NCBI GenBank assembly: GCA_963828255.1
Contig: CAWHDZ010000008.1
Span: 96,001-160,000 of the forward strand
Origin: an uncultured delta proteobacterium
GTDB lineage: Bacteria; Myxococcota; Myxococcia; Myxococcales; Anaeromyxobacteraceae
Direction of reading: 5' to 3'
Length of the DNA stretch: 64,000 nt
Position 1 is the first letter of the stretch; every line of letters begins with the position of its first letter. The translations under genes were made by a program, and so were the position numbers. Under the pieces are notes generated by a model that made no database searches, was not told where the DNA came from, and saw only the letters and a program-made list of their open reading frames with translations. Positions 50,415 through 60,785 of this stretch are shown one piece after another.

Positions 50415-53318
50415 TCACGACGTTTCCGGCAGCGCGAACTTGTCGAGTATCTCCCCCAGCCGGTTCGGCTCCTTGCAGACCATGAAGGCCCAGGTCCCGA
50501 ACCCGCCGTGGTGGTTCACGGCACGCACCCACTTCTCGGCCGCGGTGTACTTGGCGCGGTCCTGCTCCTTTTCCTGGCCCTTGATCTCCACGATGAGCGT
50601 GCTGTCGGGACCGTCAGGCATCGACAGGCGTACGAGGAAGTCGGGGATGTACTTGTGGGTCGCCCCCTCCCACTCGTAGAGGACCTCGAAGTCGAGACGG
50701 TCATTCTTCACGTACGCTTGGACGCGGTCGTTGTTCTCCAGGTGCCATGCAGCCTGGCCCTCGCCGAACTCCTGACTGTCCAGGACGACGTGGGAGACGT
50801 GGCTCTTCCAGGCTTCCTTGCATGGTTTCACCGTTCGGAACTGGACGTCGCCGGTGGACCCGGTCGGCCGGAACCTCTCGATGCGGGGCAGGATGGGTGC
50901 CTCACCGGCGCTGACGTCGGGCTCGATGGCATCCAGCAACCGTGAAACCACGTGGTCGCGGTACTTCGACAACGCGACCTCCTCCTTGTGGGCTCCCGGA
51001 GCGGTCTCGACTCGACGCTCCAGGTACTCCTCCACGATGCGAAGCACTTGGGGGAAGAGGAGCCTAGCACCCTCCTGGAGCTTCTTGGGAGGCGGCTCCA
51101 CGCCCGTCGTGACGTGGCCACCGGCCAGTACCTCGGTGATGTCCCGGGCGATCTCGAACGCGGTCCGTTGGAGCCGGTGCTCCGCGTAGAACTGGTCTCG
51201 CGTGAGTGTCTCCGCCTCGCCGGTGGTCGTCTTCGCCGCCGTCCGGGCTGGGGTCCATCCCATCTTGCTTCGCGTCACGACCTGCGTCGGCTCTATCTGC
51301 GGCTCAACCTTCAGCTCGGGGACCTTGTCCACGTCGCACCTGACCCGAGCGCGCACGTCCACGACGTACCCTTCGACGCGAGGGAAGGTAATCTCGTACC
51401 CCTTCCTCGACGGCAGGGCCTGGACGAGCGTGGAGGGTGGAAGCGTCGTCGGGTCGGCCGGGCGCACTCCCTTCACCGGGATGACCTCGAACGGGACCCC
51501 GAAGATGTCGGCGTACTCCGGTTGCAGCAGGCCCGTCGCCGGGTCCACGTCGTAGTTCATGCGCCGCAGCGCCCGTCCAACGACCTGCTCGCAGAGGAGC
51601 TGTGACGAGAATGCTCGCAGCCCGAGTATCTGGGTCACGTTCTGGGCGTCCCATCCCTCGGTCAGCATGCCCACCGACACGACGGCCCGGACATCCTTGC
51701 CCGGAGGCTCCTGCCCCTCGTAACCCTCGGGCGACTTGTCCCCTGGCCAGTGCGCCTTGCCGACGGTGGCCGTCTTGACGCGGAGCTTCTGGGCGGCGTC
51801 CTCCTTCGTGCCCCCTTCCTCGGCCTCGGCCTGGGCTAGGGCCTTCGAGTCGATGCGGAAGGAGTTGTCACCTGCGAGTTCCTTGATGATGTCCCCTCGT
51901 TTGAGCGATTCCTCGATGAGCTGTGACAGCGTGGTGTTGGCCGCGACCACGATGAGCGCAGGCGGCACCGGGTACTCGCACTTCTCGAAGTAGTCGAGCG
52001 TCTCCTTCCACTTCGCTGCGAGCGTGGCCAGCGCCGGCTGTGCCTCACGCCACACGGACTCCGGCTTCGCCCTCCGCTTCGAGGTCTCGCGCTCGGAGTC
52101 GGGGAGCTTGTCCATGATGTCCCGCCACAGGCGGAAGTACTTGGGGTCGGGACGCCCCGAGTCGTCAAGGACTGGGATGCGCGGGACCTTGCAGATGCCG
52201 GCCTCGATGGCGTCCACGAGCCCGTAGTCCGACACCACCCACGGCAGCGGGTCCCCCTCCGGGTAGCCCGTGCCCTTCAGGTAGAAGGGGGTCGCCGACA
52301 GGTCAACGACCACCTTCACGCCTCGCACTGCGTTGATGCGGTCGAGCCCACCGACCCACACCGTGGCCTCCTCGGCGAACTCCTCGGCCTCTCCCTTCTC
52401 CTCCGGGGCCAGGCCTTCGAGCTCCAGCTGGCCGTCGTCGTCTTCACGCAGCGCGGGCCGGTAGGCGTGATGCGCCTCGTCGTTCAAGACGAGCAACTCA
52501 CCGGACTTCCCCAGGTCTCGGTCTAGTACTCGACGCACGAAAGCTGCGTCGCTCTCCCTGCCCTTCTTCACCACGCCCCTCGTGCCGGTGTCATCCTTCA
52601 CGCCGAACACGTGCCAGTTGGTGATGTGTACTCGGCCGCGGGCCAGCATGTCGCGGTAGCCCACCGGGACGATGTCGAAGCTCTCGTAGTAGTTGCCCGC
52701 GAGCTGCGGCCGGAGCACCTGGAGGCGCTCCTTGACCGTGAGATTGGGGCACACCACCAGCACTGCGTCGGTGAACCGGCCATCCTGCTTGTTGGCCAGC
52801 TTGTTGAGGATGGACCAGGCCGCCACCATCGCCATCACGGTCGTCTTGCCCGACCCGGTCGCCATCTTGGTGCAGTAACGATGCAGCGCCTTGTAACCCT
52901 TCTTCAGGGACTCCGAGTCCACAGGCGGGTCGCCGGGGACCTCTATGCCCTGCCGGTCCGCTGGCGTGGCCTCCACGAGCCAGATGAGGGTCTCGGCGGC
53001 CTCCCGCTGGGCGAAGAAGAGCGGGCGCCGGTCGGGCCGGTGCCAGTGCTCCAGAAGGTCCCTGGTGACCGGCGTGACCCCGGGCCAGCGCCGTGCTCGC
53101 CACTCGTCCACCCGGTGACGCAGGTCGTTGACCAGCGGGAGCGGGAAGAACTCGTGCGATGCGAGGGCACCTGACACCTTCTCGGTCCTTGGGACGCCGA
53201 AGTACCCAGCCGCCCTCCGGCCGGAGACGACACGGGGCTCGGGGCCGGAGAAGTCGTAGTGCTGCTTCGGCTCCGAGAAGGGCGGGTTTAGGATGGGGTT
53301 CTCGACGGCGTTCGCCAT
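50415..53318 (-). CDS. res: Type III restriction enzyme Res subunit (BPTD_3080-like)
   Basis: MATGSGKT, DEAHH, SATP, EGWD, EQVVGRALRR, PDF..VEIKG. Confidence 0.9.
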   Translation of the reverse strand: MANAVENPILNPPFSEPKQHYDFSGPEPRVVSGRRAAGYFGVPRTEKVSGALASHEFFPLPLVNDLRHRVDEWRARRWPGVTPVTRDLLEHWHRPDRRPLFFAQREAAETLIWLVEATPADRQGIEVPGDPPVDSESLKKGYKALHRYCTKMATGSGKTTVMAMVAAWSILNKLANKQDGRFTDAVLVVCPNLTVKERLQVLRPQLAGNYYESFDIVPVGYRDMLARGRVHITNWHVFGVKDDTGTRGVVKKGRESDAAFVRRVLDRDLGKSGELLVLNDEAHHAYRPALREDDDGQLELEGLAPEEKGEAEEFAEEATVWVGGLDRINAVRGVKVVVDLSATPFYLKGTGYPEGDPLPWVVSDYGLVDAIEAGICKVPRIPVLDDSGRPDPKYFRLWRDIMDKLPDSERETSKRRAKPESVWREAQPALATLAAKWKETLDYFEKCEYPVPPALIVVAANTTLSQLIEESLKRGDIIKELAGDNSFRIDSKALAQAEAEEGGTKEDAAQKLRVKTATVGKAHWPGDKSPEGYEGQEPPGKDVRAVVSVGMLTEGWDAQNVTQILGLRAFSSQLLCEQVVGRALRRMNYDVDPATGLLQPEYADIFGVPFEVIPVKGVRPADPTTLPPSTLVQALPSRKGYEITFPRVEGYVVDVRARVRCDVDKVPELKVEPQIEPTQVVTRSKMGWTPARTAAKTTTGEAETLTRDQFYAEHRLQRTAFEIARDITEVLAGGHVTTGVEPPPKKLQEGARLLFPQVLRIVEEYLERRVETAPGAHKEEVALSKYRDHVVSRLLDAIEPDVSAGEAPILPRIERFRPTGSTGDVQFRTVKPCKEAWKSHVSHVVLDSQEFGEGQAAWHLENNDRVQAYVKNDRLDFEVLYEWEGATHKYIPDFLVRLSMPDGPDSTLIVEIKGQEKEQDRAKYTAAEKWVRAVNHHGGFGTWAFMVCKEPNRLGEILDKFALPETS

Positions 53319-53327
53319 GGTGGCTCC

Positions 53328-56261
53328 CTATACCCCGACCACCTTCACCACCTCGTTGCCTCGGTCGTCGATGACCTTCACCGCCACCTTGCCGCCCGGC
53401 TTGAAGGGAATGGACGTCGTGCTGCGAAGCGACTCGAACTTGTCCTCGTCGATGGACCCCTTGAGTGCCTTCTGGAGCTTCTCCCATGGGTTCTTGATCT
53501 TCCCGCTGGGGAAGAAGGCCTGGCCGACGCAGAAGGTTCGCCCGTCGTAGTCCTGGTCCAGGAACCAGGCAGCGACGTTCTCGCCGTCGTCGTGGTTGGT
53601 CTCCCCGGTGACGGGGTCGTAGATGTCGACGCCGGTGAGCGTGACGACGACGTTCCCGTCCTTCTCCTTCTTCACTTTCACATCGGGCAAACCGAACACC
53701 GTGAAGAGCTTGGTGGTCTTGCTGGTCTTCACCAGGTCGCCCACCAGAATGTCTGGCGCGGCGTGGACGAACTGGAACGTGCGGTCGACGGTGCCCTTCT
53801 CAATCATCCCAAGGGCCTCGGGGTCGCAGGCGAACCCCACGAACAGCACGATGTCGTAGCCCCGAGTCTCGCGGATGGTGTCGAGCACCTGCTTGGGCGT
53901 CACCGGCGCGTGGCGTGGGCCGAACGACACCGCTACCCTGCGCGGGTCGTCTCCTGCGAAGCCCGTCGCGCTCTCGGCGTGCAACCACTCGAAGGAGGTC
54001 TTCACCGGGCGCAGGTCGGATAGCGGGAGAGACTTGCCGTTCTTGAAGTGGACCCCACCCGACTTCTTGAGCAGGTCAATCATGTAGGCAACGTAGTCGG
54101 CACCGGCGTCAATCCCGGGAGTGCCGCGTCCGGGTCGCGAGATGTCGTCCTGCCGGGCTGCCGAGTCGAGCTGCGGGATAGCTGACTCGCTTGGGTCCTC
54201 CATCGACGCCACCGGGATGGCCTCCACCGTGAACGGTCCGGACACACGGACCTTGCCCTTGTCCTCCTCGGGCTGGTCGTAAAGCACTTCCTGCTCGGCC
54301 GTCTCCCGGATGACCTGCTCGCGTTCCTCGTGCGATTGGCAGGAATCGAGCTTCGGGTTCTGTGCGATGGACTTGAGTGTGATGTGGGGGACGGTCTTGT
54401 AGGTGAAGCCGTCCTTCACCTTCTCGGAGCGCAGCCGGTAGTACGGGTACTTGGCGGTGAGAATGCGCTGGCGGGCGATGGCTAGCGCAACGCGCGATGT
54501 GTCGCAAGTGACCCAGCGGCGGCCCCACTGCTCGGCGACGTGAGCGGTCGTGCCTGAGCCGCACGTCGGGTCGAGGACCAGGTCGCCGGGGTCCGTGGTC
54601 ATCAGAATGCACCGGGCGATGACCTTGGCGCTTGTCTGAACGACGTAGACCTTCTGGTCACGGCCGGCAAACGTGCCGCCCATCTGGGTGTCGGTCCACA
54701 TGGCGTTCAGCGCGATGACCGGAAAGTCGTCGAAGTAACGCTTGTAGTAGAGACCTGCGCCGTTGGGCGTCGCGCGCCCTGCCCTCACGAGGCGAGCCAT
54801 CCCTCCAGGATTCGTCTTCCAGTAGTAGTTCTTGCCAGGAACGTAGGTCTTCCCGTCGACTTCGACTGGATAGTCACCCGGTGGGCGCTGCGAGCGCAGG
54901 TCGCTCAGAGCGAACAGCCGTGCTCCTTGGGGTAAGTCGGCCAAGTCGTCACCGTCGAACCGCTCCCGACGCTGGTCTGCGTACTCGACCCAGTTGTACA
55001 TTCCATCCGCGCCATACTCTTTTGCACGGTAGAGCCTACGAAACTTCACGGCCTCACGGCTGCGCGCGTACCAGAGCAGGTGGTCGCCCACGGCCGCTAG
55101 TAGCTCATCCGTCTGCGAGCTGGTGGTCTTGAAGTCGATCTGCCCGCAGTAGTTCTCAGCCCCTAGCACTTCATCCATCAACTCCCGCACATGGTGAAGG
55201 TTCACGTCCGAGATCTGCACGAAGATGCTTCCGCTTTCGTGCAGCAACTCGCGTGCGAGGAGGAGGCGGTCGCGCAGGTAGGTAAGGTAGCTGTGAACGC
55301 CCAGGGTCCAGGTGTCCCGGTACGCCTGAATCTGCTCCGGCTCGCGCGTGAGACTCCCGTCGTCGCCGTCCTTAACGTCTCGCTTTGAGATGAGGGGCTG
55401 GAAGTTGGAGTTGAACCTGACGCCGTAGGGCGGGTCCACGTAGATGCACTGGACCTTGCCCGCCATTTGCTCCCGCTCCAGGAGCGAGTTCATGACCAGC
55501 AGCGAGTCGCCGAGCACCAGGCGGTTCGCCCACCCTACATCGTGGGCGTAGAAGTCGATGGCCTTCGACTCCGGCAGGTCGTCACCACCGAACAGGCTGC
55601 GCTGTGCATCCTCGCGCTTCACGGCCCGCATGATGGCCTGTGTGGAGATGCGTTCGTGGATGTGGAGCGAGACCGTGTCCACCTGGAAGGACGTGTGCTC
55701 CGCCTTGCCGGCCCACTGGAGGTGCGGGTCGAGGTGTGGGTCGTAGCTGTACTTCTTCGTGGGCTGGGGCGGCGGCTTCTCCAAGTCGATGAGTCCGGCA
55801 GGGGGGTTGTTCTTGCGGGTGGCGTCGTGGCGGTAGTCCCCGGTGGGGTCCCCGCCCTTCGAGCGTGTCGCCGCGGGAACTCGGGTCTTCTTCTCCCTGG
55901 GTTCGGGCGCCCTCAACTCGAAGCCCTTGCTGCCCTTCTTCCCGTTGCCGTCAGCCACGTCGCCCCCGTCGCTAGCGTTGCCATCTCCAGTCGCGAGGAT
56001 GCGCTGGATGATGGACTCCTTCTCCCGCCCCGAGTCGTCCAGGCCCAACTCTCCACAGATGGCCTTCAACTCGTCCCGGGAGACCTGCCGGAGCACGTCC
56101 CCGAAGGCCACGGTCCTCGACCGCACGATGGCACCGATGTGGGCAACCTGGGTCCGGCCGTCGTCGACCGTGAGGTTCAGCTTCCTGGTGATCGCCGCCA
56201 GGGTGTCCCTCGACAACACTTCGAGCGCCATCCGGCGCCTCTTCGCAGGCAGTTCAGGCAT
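53328..56261 (-). CDS. mod: Type III Mod adenine DNA methyltransferase with extra N-terminal helical domain
   Basis: DPPY, DPTCGSGTT (beta order), KVAVKVIDDRGNE; directly upstream of res. Confidence 0.9.
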   Translation of the reverse strand: MPELPAKRRRMALEVLSRDTLAAITRKLNLTVDDGRTQVAHIGAIVRSRTVAFGDVLRQVSRDELKAICGELGLDDSGREKESIIQRILATGDGNASDGGDVADGNGKKGSKGFELRAPEPREKKTRVPAATRSKGGDPTGDYRHDATRKNNPPAGLIDLEKPPPQPTKKYSYDPHLDPHLQWAGKAEHTSFQVDTVSLHIHERISTQAIMRAVKREDAQRSLFGGDDLPESKAIDFYAHDVGWANRLVLGDSLLVMNSLLEREQMAGKVQCIYVDPPYGVRFNSNFQPLISKRDVKDGDDGSLTREPEQIQAYRDTWTLGVHSYLTYLRDRLLLARELLHESGSIFVQISDVNLHHVRELMDEVLGAENYCGQIDFKTTSSQTDELLAAVGDHLLWYARSREAVKFRRLYRAKEYGADGMYNWVEYADQRRERFDGDDLADLPQGARLFALSDLRSQRPPGDYPVEVDGKTYVPGKNYYWKTNPGGMARLVRAGRATPNGAGLYYKRYFDDFPVIALNAMWTDTQMGGTFAGRDQKVYVVQTSAKVIARCILMTTDPGDLVLDPTCGSGTTAHVAEQWGRRWVTCDTSRVALAIARQRILTAKYPYYRLRSEKVKDGFTYKTVPHITLKSIAQNPKLDSCQSHEEREQVIRETAEQEVLYDQPEEDKGKVRVSGPFTVEAIPVASMEDPSESAIPQLDSAARQDDISRPGRGTPGIDAGADYVAYMIDLLKKSGGVHFKNGKSLPLSDLRPVKTSFEWLHAESATGFAGDDPRRVAVSFGPRHAPVTPKQVLDTIRETRGYDIVLFVGFACDPEALGMIEKGTVDRTFQFVHAAPDILVGDLVKTSKTTKLFTVFGLPDVKVKKEKDGNVVVTLTGVDIYDPVTGETNHDDGENVAAWFLDQDYDGRTFCVGQAFFPSGKIKNPWEKLQKALKGSIDEDKFESLRSTTSIPFKPGGKVAVKVIDDRGNEVVKVVGV

Positions 56262-56402
56262 CGCACGGCATCCTACCCGGCCCAACGACAGGGAGTAGAC
56301 CGAAGGTACGGGTCGTCGGGGTGAATCTTGATCTGGCTCAGCCCCGATAGGGCCTGTCACCTTGGCGCGGATACATCGACCGGGGTCGGCGTTATTTGAC
56401 TC

Positions 56403-57134
56403 CTAGCATCGGTCCTGGGCCGGGCCGTCGGGAAACCACTCCGCAACCTGGACGCCGCCTTCCGTGAGCCGCGCCTTGGCGGCATCCACGGCCTCGGCGC
56501 AGATGTCGCTCCCCTCGAACCGGCGCCCGAGCCGCACAGCCGCGACCCCCACCGACCCCGACCCCATGAACGGATCGATCACCGTCTCGCCAATCTGGGT
56601 GCTCTGCCTGATGAGCACGTCGCTCACCTCCACCGGCTTTTCGGTGGGGTATCCCTTGTAGATCCGCGGGCACTCGATGATGTCCGCGATCCCGAGGTCG
56701 TTGAGCTTCCGCTTGCCCTTCTCGAAGAACAGGACGAACTCGTACCGGGAGCGGTAGTGGTAGCCCATGCCGATCCGTTTCTTGTCCCAGATGAGGGGCT
56801 TCCAGAACTTGAATCCAGCGGCCTCGGCCATCGACTTCGCCACGAAGGCCGTCTCGGGGTCGCAGAACAGGTAGAAGTGCCGGTTCTTACGTAGCACGCG
56901 GTAGATCTCGCGGAACAGCTCCGGGAAGCGGGCGTTGAGGAAGATCGCGAACCAGTCGTTGCTCGACGCCTTGCTGTGCTTGAGCCGTGTCGTGGTCCCG
57001 ATGGCGCGGTGCTTCTCCAGGGACTCGTACGGTGGATCCGTGACAACCAAGTCCACCGACACAGCCGGCATGCCGCGAAGCCACTCGACAGCGTCGAGCT
57101 GCGCGACGCGCGCTGCGGGAATCTGGTCGACCAT
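56403..57134 (-). CDS. Solitary N6/N4 DNA methyltransferase (beta class)
   Basis: DPPY, YPTEKP, DPFMGSGS. Confidence 0.9.
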   Translation of the reverse strand: MVDQIPAARVAQLDAVEWLRGMPAVSVDLVVTDPPYESLEKHRAIGTTTRLKHSKASSNDWFAIFLNARFPELFREIYRVLRKNRHFYLFCDPETAFVAKSMAEAAGFKFWKPLIWDKKRIGMGYHYRSRYEFVLFFEKGKRKLNDLGIADIIECPRIYKGYPTEKPVEVSDVLIRQSTQIGETVIDPFMGSGSVGVAAVRLGRRFEGSDICAEAVDAAKARLTEGGVQVAEWFPDGPAQDRC

Positions 57135-57422
57135 CTCCGCCCTTGTACCCTTTCGGACCGACACATACGCCCGTCAGAATCAGCGGCTTGTAGGCATCAC
57201 ATGGTGGCTACTGTCGGCGGGCTCCGAGAACCCCTGGCATGGGGGGCCGGCTGGTGCCTGGTTGAGGGTGTCGTTCGGCCATTTCCTCGTGAATAACGGC
57301 ATAAGGACTAGGTAGGAATCCCTGCCATCGCGCGCCATCTGGCACGCGGTTCATCCCCATCACCGCGGCGTACTCCATCTGGTTCATCGCCAGCGCGGGA
57401 GATATCCGCATCGAGGTTCTGC

Positions 57423-58400
57423 ATGGCTCACGACATCAACCGCATGATCTACGTCGGCGAGGTGCCCTGGCATGGGCTCGGCGTCCGACTCCCCGCTCGC
57501 GCCACCTACGACGAGATCGTCGAGGCGGCCGGGTTCTACGACGCCGTCGAGCGACCCGTCTTCATCCCGCCGTTCAACTCGCCGATCCCCGACAAGAAGG
57601 CGCTCGTCCGGGGCGACACCGGCGCGTACCTCTCCGTCGTCGGCAAGTCCTACGAGGTCGTCCAGTTCGCCGACGTTGCCCGCACGCTCGTCGAGGCGGC
57701 CGGGGCCGTGAAGGCGGTCTTCACCACCGCCGGCACGCTCGGGCCGGTCGGCATCCGTGGCTGGCTGCTCGGCGAGCTGCCCGATCCCATCAAGGTCCGG
57801 GGCGACGACAGCCCCATCAAGAAGTACGTTCTCGGCTGCGCCGGCCACGACGGCTACACCGCGGTCGTCATCAAGAACGTGGCGACTCGGGTGGTCTGCG
57901 CGAACACCTTGGGTGTGGCGCTCGGCGAGCGTGGTGGCGCCTCCTGGCGCATCCAGCACACCGCGAGCGCCAAGGAGCGGCTGGAGGAGGCCGGCAAGGC
58001 GTTCGCCCGCATCGTCCGGTCCTACGAAACCTTCGGCGACCTGGCCAACGTGATGGCGACGACCCGGTTCACCCCGCAGCAGATGGCGAGCACCGTCGAC
58101 AACATCCTTCCCGTCCCCCAGGACGACAAGGACCACCGCCGGCTGCTCGTGGAGCGCGAGAAGGTCCAGCGCCTCTACGAGACCGCCGTCGGCGTCGAGA
58201 AGCTCCGGGGCACGGCCTGGGGCGGGTTCCAGGCCTGGACCGAGTTCGCCGACCACCACCGGGCGCTCCGGGACACCGGCCGCCAGGACCCGAAGCGGGC
58301 CCGGCTGGAGTCCATCTGGATGGGGCGCTCCGCGGCCATGAAGCAGGCGGCGCTCACGGCCATCGCCCTCCACACGGGCATCCAGCTCGCGGCGGCCTAG
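57423..58400 (+). CDS. DUF932 family phage/plasmid-like protein
   Basis: PWHGLG, YEVVQ, HDG, RVVCANTL, GTAWGGFQAWTEFADH. Confidence 0.85.
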   Translation: MAHDINRMIYVGEVPWHGLGVRLPARATYDEIVEAAGFYDAVERPVFIPPFNSPIPDKKALVRGDTGAYLSVVGKSYEVVQFADVARTLVEAAGAVKAVFTTAGTLGPVGIRGWLLGELPDPIKVRGDDSPIKKYVLGCAGHDGYTAVVIKNVATRVVCANTLGVALGERGGASWRIQHTASAKERLEEAGKAFARIVRSYETFGDLANVMATTRFTPQQMASTVDNILPVPQDDKDHRRLLVEREKVQRLYETAVGVEKLRGTAWGGFQAWTEFADHHRALRDTGRQDPKRARLESIWMGRSAAMKQAALTAIALHTGIQLAAA

Positions 58401-59036
58401 ATGCGGCGCCCACCTCCGCTTCACCAGCTCGCCCGTGAGCGAGCAGAGGCCGGGCACCTGCATCACGTTGGGGACGATGACCTTGTTCGGGTGCTGGTGG
58501 GGGCCGACGTCGCCCTCACCACGCCTGTCACGGCCTTGGCCCGCTCGACGCCGTTCGAGCTGGCCGAACAGCTCGGGGTCTCCACGGACCAGGCGACGCG
58601 CCTCGCCTCAGCGTTCGAGCTGGGGCGACGAGGGGCCTGGTCGGCTCCCAGGCGAGGGGTCCGCTGCCTTGACCCGGCCACCGTGGCCGACCTCATGCGC
58701 GACGTGGCGCACGAGGAGCACGAGGATTTCCACGTCGTGCTCCTGGATGTCCGTGGGCGCCTGCTCGGGCGGCGTCTAGTCTCCCGGGGCAGCCTGACCC
58801 AATGCCCGGTCTCTCCCCGCGATGTGCTGCGGTGCGCGATACGGGAGGGGGCGCACAGCGTCGTGTACGTCCACAACCATCCGTCGGGCGACCCGTCGCC
58901 CAGCTTCGAGGACGCGGACCTCACCGAGCGACTCCGCTCAGCCGCGGAACTCGTGGGCGTCGTGGCCCGTGACCACGTCATCGTGGCAACGGGCGGCTAC
59001 TTCAGCTTCGTCGAGGCGGGAAGGTGGCGAAGGTGA
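58401..59036 (+). CDS. radC: RadC/JAB domain protein
   Basis: HNHPSGDPSPSFED, DHVIV. Confidence 0.9.
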   Translation: MRRPPPLHQLARERAEAGHLHHVGDDDLVRVLVGADVALTTPVTALARSTPFELAEQLGVSTDQATRLASAFELGRRGAWSAPRRGVRCLDPATVADLMRDVAHEEHEDFHVVLLDVRGRLLGRRLVSRGSLTQCPVSPRDVLRCAIREGAHSVVYVHNHPSGDPSPSFEDADLTERLRSAAELVGVVARDHVIVATGGYFSFVEAGRWRR

Positions 59037-59134
59037 CCGTGCTGGAATCGTGTGTCTGGCGATGTCTACGGTCCTACCCACACGGTGGGACCACCGGTAC
59101 GCTCCAAGTCACGACGTCGAGGAGGGAAAACCGC

Positions 59135-59704
59135 ATGGCCGTTCTCGTAGAAGCAATCACGGTAGTCATCCGGCGCGAGGCGCTCGATGCCAAGTACCCC
59201 GGTGGTTTCACGGCGTTCAAGCAGCAGGCGCCGTTCCTCGCGTTGAGAGACACCTTCGTTACCGACGGAGAGCTCGTCGGCCTCGGCTTCATGAACCCCG
59301 TTGACGTCCGATGCTTCTGCGACGATATGGCGCGAGTCGGCTTCAGCCCCCCCGGGGATCCCGTTGACCTTGTCGTCGTCGACCAGTACGCGGGGCCGAC
59401 GGTGCCCTGCGAATGGATCGAGGGCCGAGCCATCGTGTTCGAAGAGGGTGGCGAGGTAACGGCGGTGCGCCTTGTCGGCGGGAATGTCACGACCCTCTTC
59501 GTCCCGGAGGGATGGAGCTATCCAGACTCCCTGACTGCGCACCACGAGTACGTCCCGCTCGACCATGTGGACGAGCGGGCGGTATTCGTCCGAGTCGAAG
59601 GTGCCCTCGAAGTGTGGCGCGACAGGGCGACGGGCGAGGAGCGGTACATCGAGCGCCCGGTCCCGGCCGACGACGGGTACGCGATTCCCAAGGCGCTGGC
59701 CTAG
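59135..59704 (+). CDS. Hypothetical protein
   Basis: GGAGG ribosome-binding site, MAVLVEAITVVIRR...; atypical codon usage. Confidence 0.7.
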   Translation: MAVLVEAITVVIRREALDAKYPGGFTAFKQQAPFLALRDTFVTDGELVGLGFMNPVDVRCFCDDMARVGFSPPGDPVDLVVVDQYAGPTVPCEWIEGRAIVFEEGGEVTAVRLVGGNVTTLFVPEGWSYPDSLTAHHEYVPLDHVDERAVFVRVEGALEVWRDRATGEERYIERPVPADDGYAIPKALA

Positions 59705-60027
59705 CCCCAATCCGCATCGGCCGCCGCCGCTCCTCCGGACCCCTTCTCGGCGAGCTCGCCGGAACGGAGGAGCAACGTGCTGCCCGTCGGTCTCCTGAGT
59801 CGGGTCCTGCTGAAGAAGGTCATCATCGCCGCGCTTGTGGCGGCGGCGGAGGTCGTCATCTTGAGCGCGGGAAAGCGCAAGCGGTAGTCGAGGGGCGCGT
59901 CGTCATCACGGGGCGCGCCCCGTAGTTCTCCCAGCACAACCAGCAGTTCAACCAGGCAGGGCCCCAGCTCCACGCGAGCTTAGGGCCCTTGCCATTCATG
60001 GGCGCGTCCGCGCCCGAGGAGAGCAGC

Positions 60028-60783
60028 ATGACCCCCGAGGCGAAGAAGAAGCTGTACCAGCAGCTCGCGCAGCCATTCCCGGAGGAGGCCATCGAGCGCA
60101 CCGACGGCCGCCAGACCGGGCGGGGCTACTCGACCACCGGCATCAAGGCGCAGTTCATCATCAACAGGTTGAACGAGACGCTCGGCATCGGCGGCTGGCG
60201 CACCCACCGCACGATCACGGTGAAGGAGCTCACCACCAACTCCGGTCGCAAGGCCTACGAGGCGGTGTGCGACCTCGTGCTGGAGCTGGGTGAGTGGACC
60301 GACGGGGCGTTCGTCCCGTGCGCCGAGGCGCTAGCGGACGGCGGCCACATCTCGGTGTCCGAGGCCGACGCGAGGAAGGGCAGCTTCAGCAACGCGCTGA
60401 AGAAGGCTGCGGCGGCGTTCGGTGCCGGTTGGCAGGCTTACGCCGGGACCATCGACGACGACAACGTGCCGACCGACTCCCCGGTCCAGCCCGAGCATCA
60501 GCCGGTCTCCGCCGGGCCCACGCGGACGGTGACGACCACGCCGGTCACGCCGGCTCCGCCCAGGAACCGGCTCAGCTCGAAGCAGTTGGGCGCCATCCAG
60601 GCCATCGGTCGGAAGCTGGGGCTCGACCACACCGGGCTCCGCGCCGTGGCGAAGCAGCGGTACGGCGTGGTCCCCGAGCACCTGACGAAGGCGCAGGCGA
60701 GCGAGTTCATCGGCTCGCTGTCGGCGCAGGCGAACGGGAACGGGCACGACCACGACGACCAGGTCGACGAGATGGGGGCCTAG
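60028..60783 (+). CDS. Rad52/Sak-like single-strand annealing protein
   Basis: LAQPFP, IINRLNETLGIGGW, KGSFSNALKKAAAAFG. Confidence 0.75.
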   Translation: MTPEAKKKLYQQLAQPFPEEAIERTDGRQTGRGYSTTGIKAQFIINRLNETLGIGGWRTHRTITVKELTTNSGRKAYEAVCDLVLELGEWTDGAFVPCAEALADGGHISVSEADARKGSFSNALKKAAAAFGAGWQAYAGTIDDDNVPTDSPVQPEHQPVSAGPTRTVTTTPVTPAPPRNRLSSKQLGAIQAIGRKLGLDHTGLRAVAKQRYGVVPEHLTKAQASEFIGSLSAQANGNGHDHDDQVDEMGA

Positions 60784-60785
60784 CC

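Noticed and set aside
57340..57356. Sigma54 promoter upstream of DUF932 (TGGCACG)
   Set aside because: No TTGC at the required -12 spacing.
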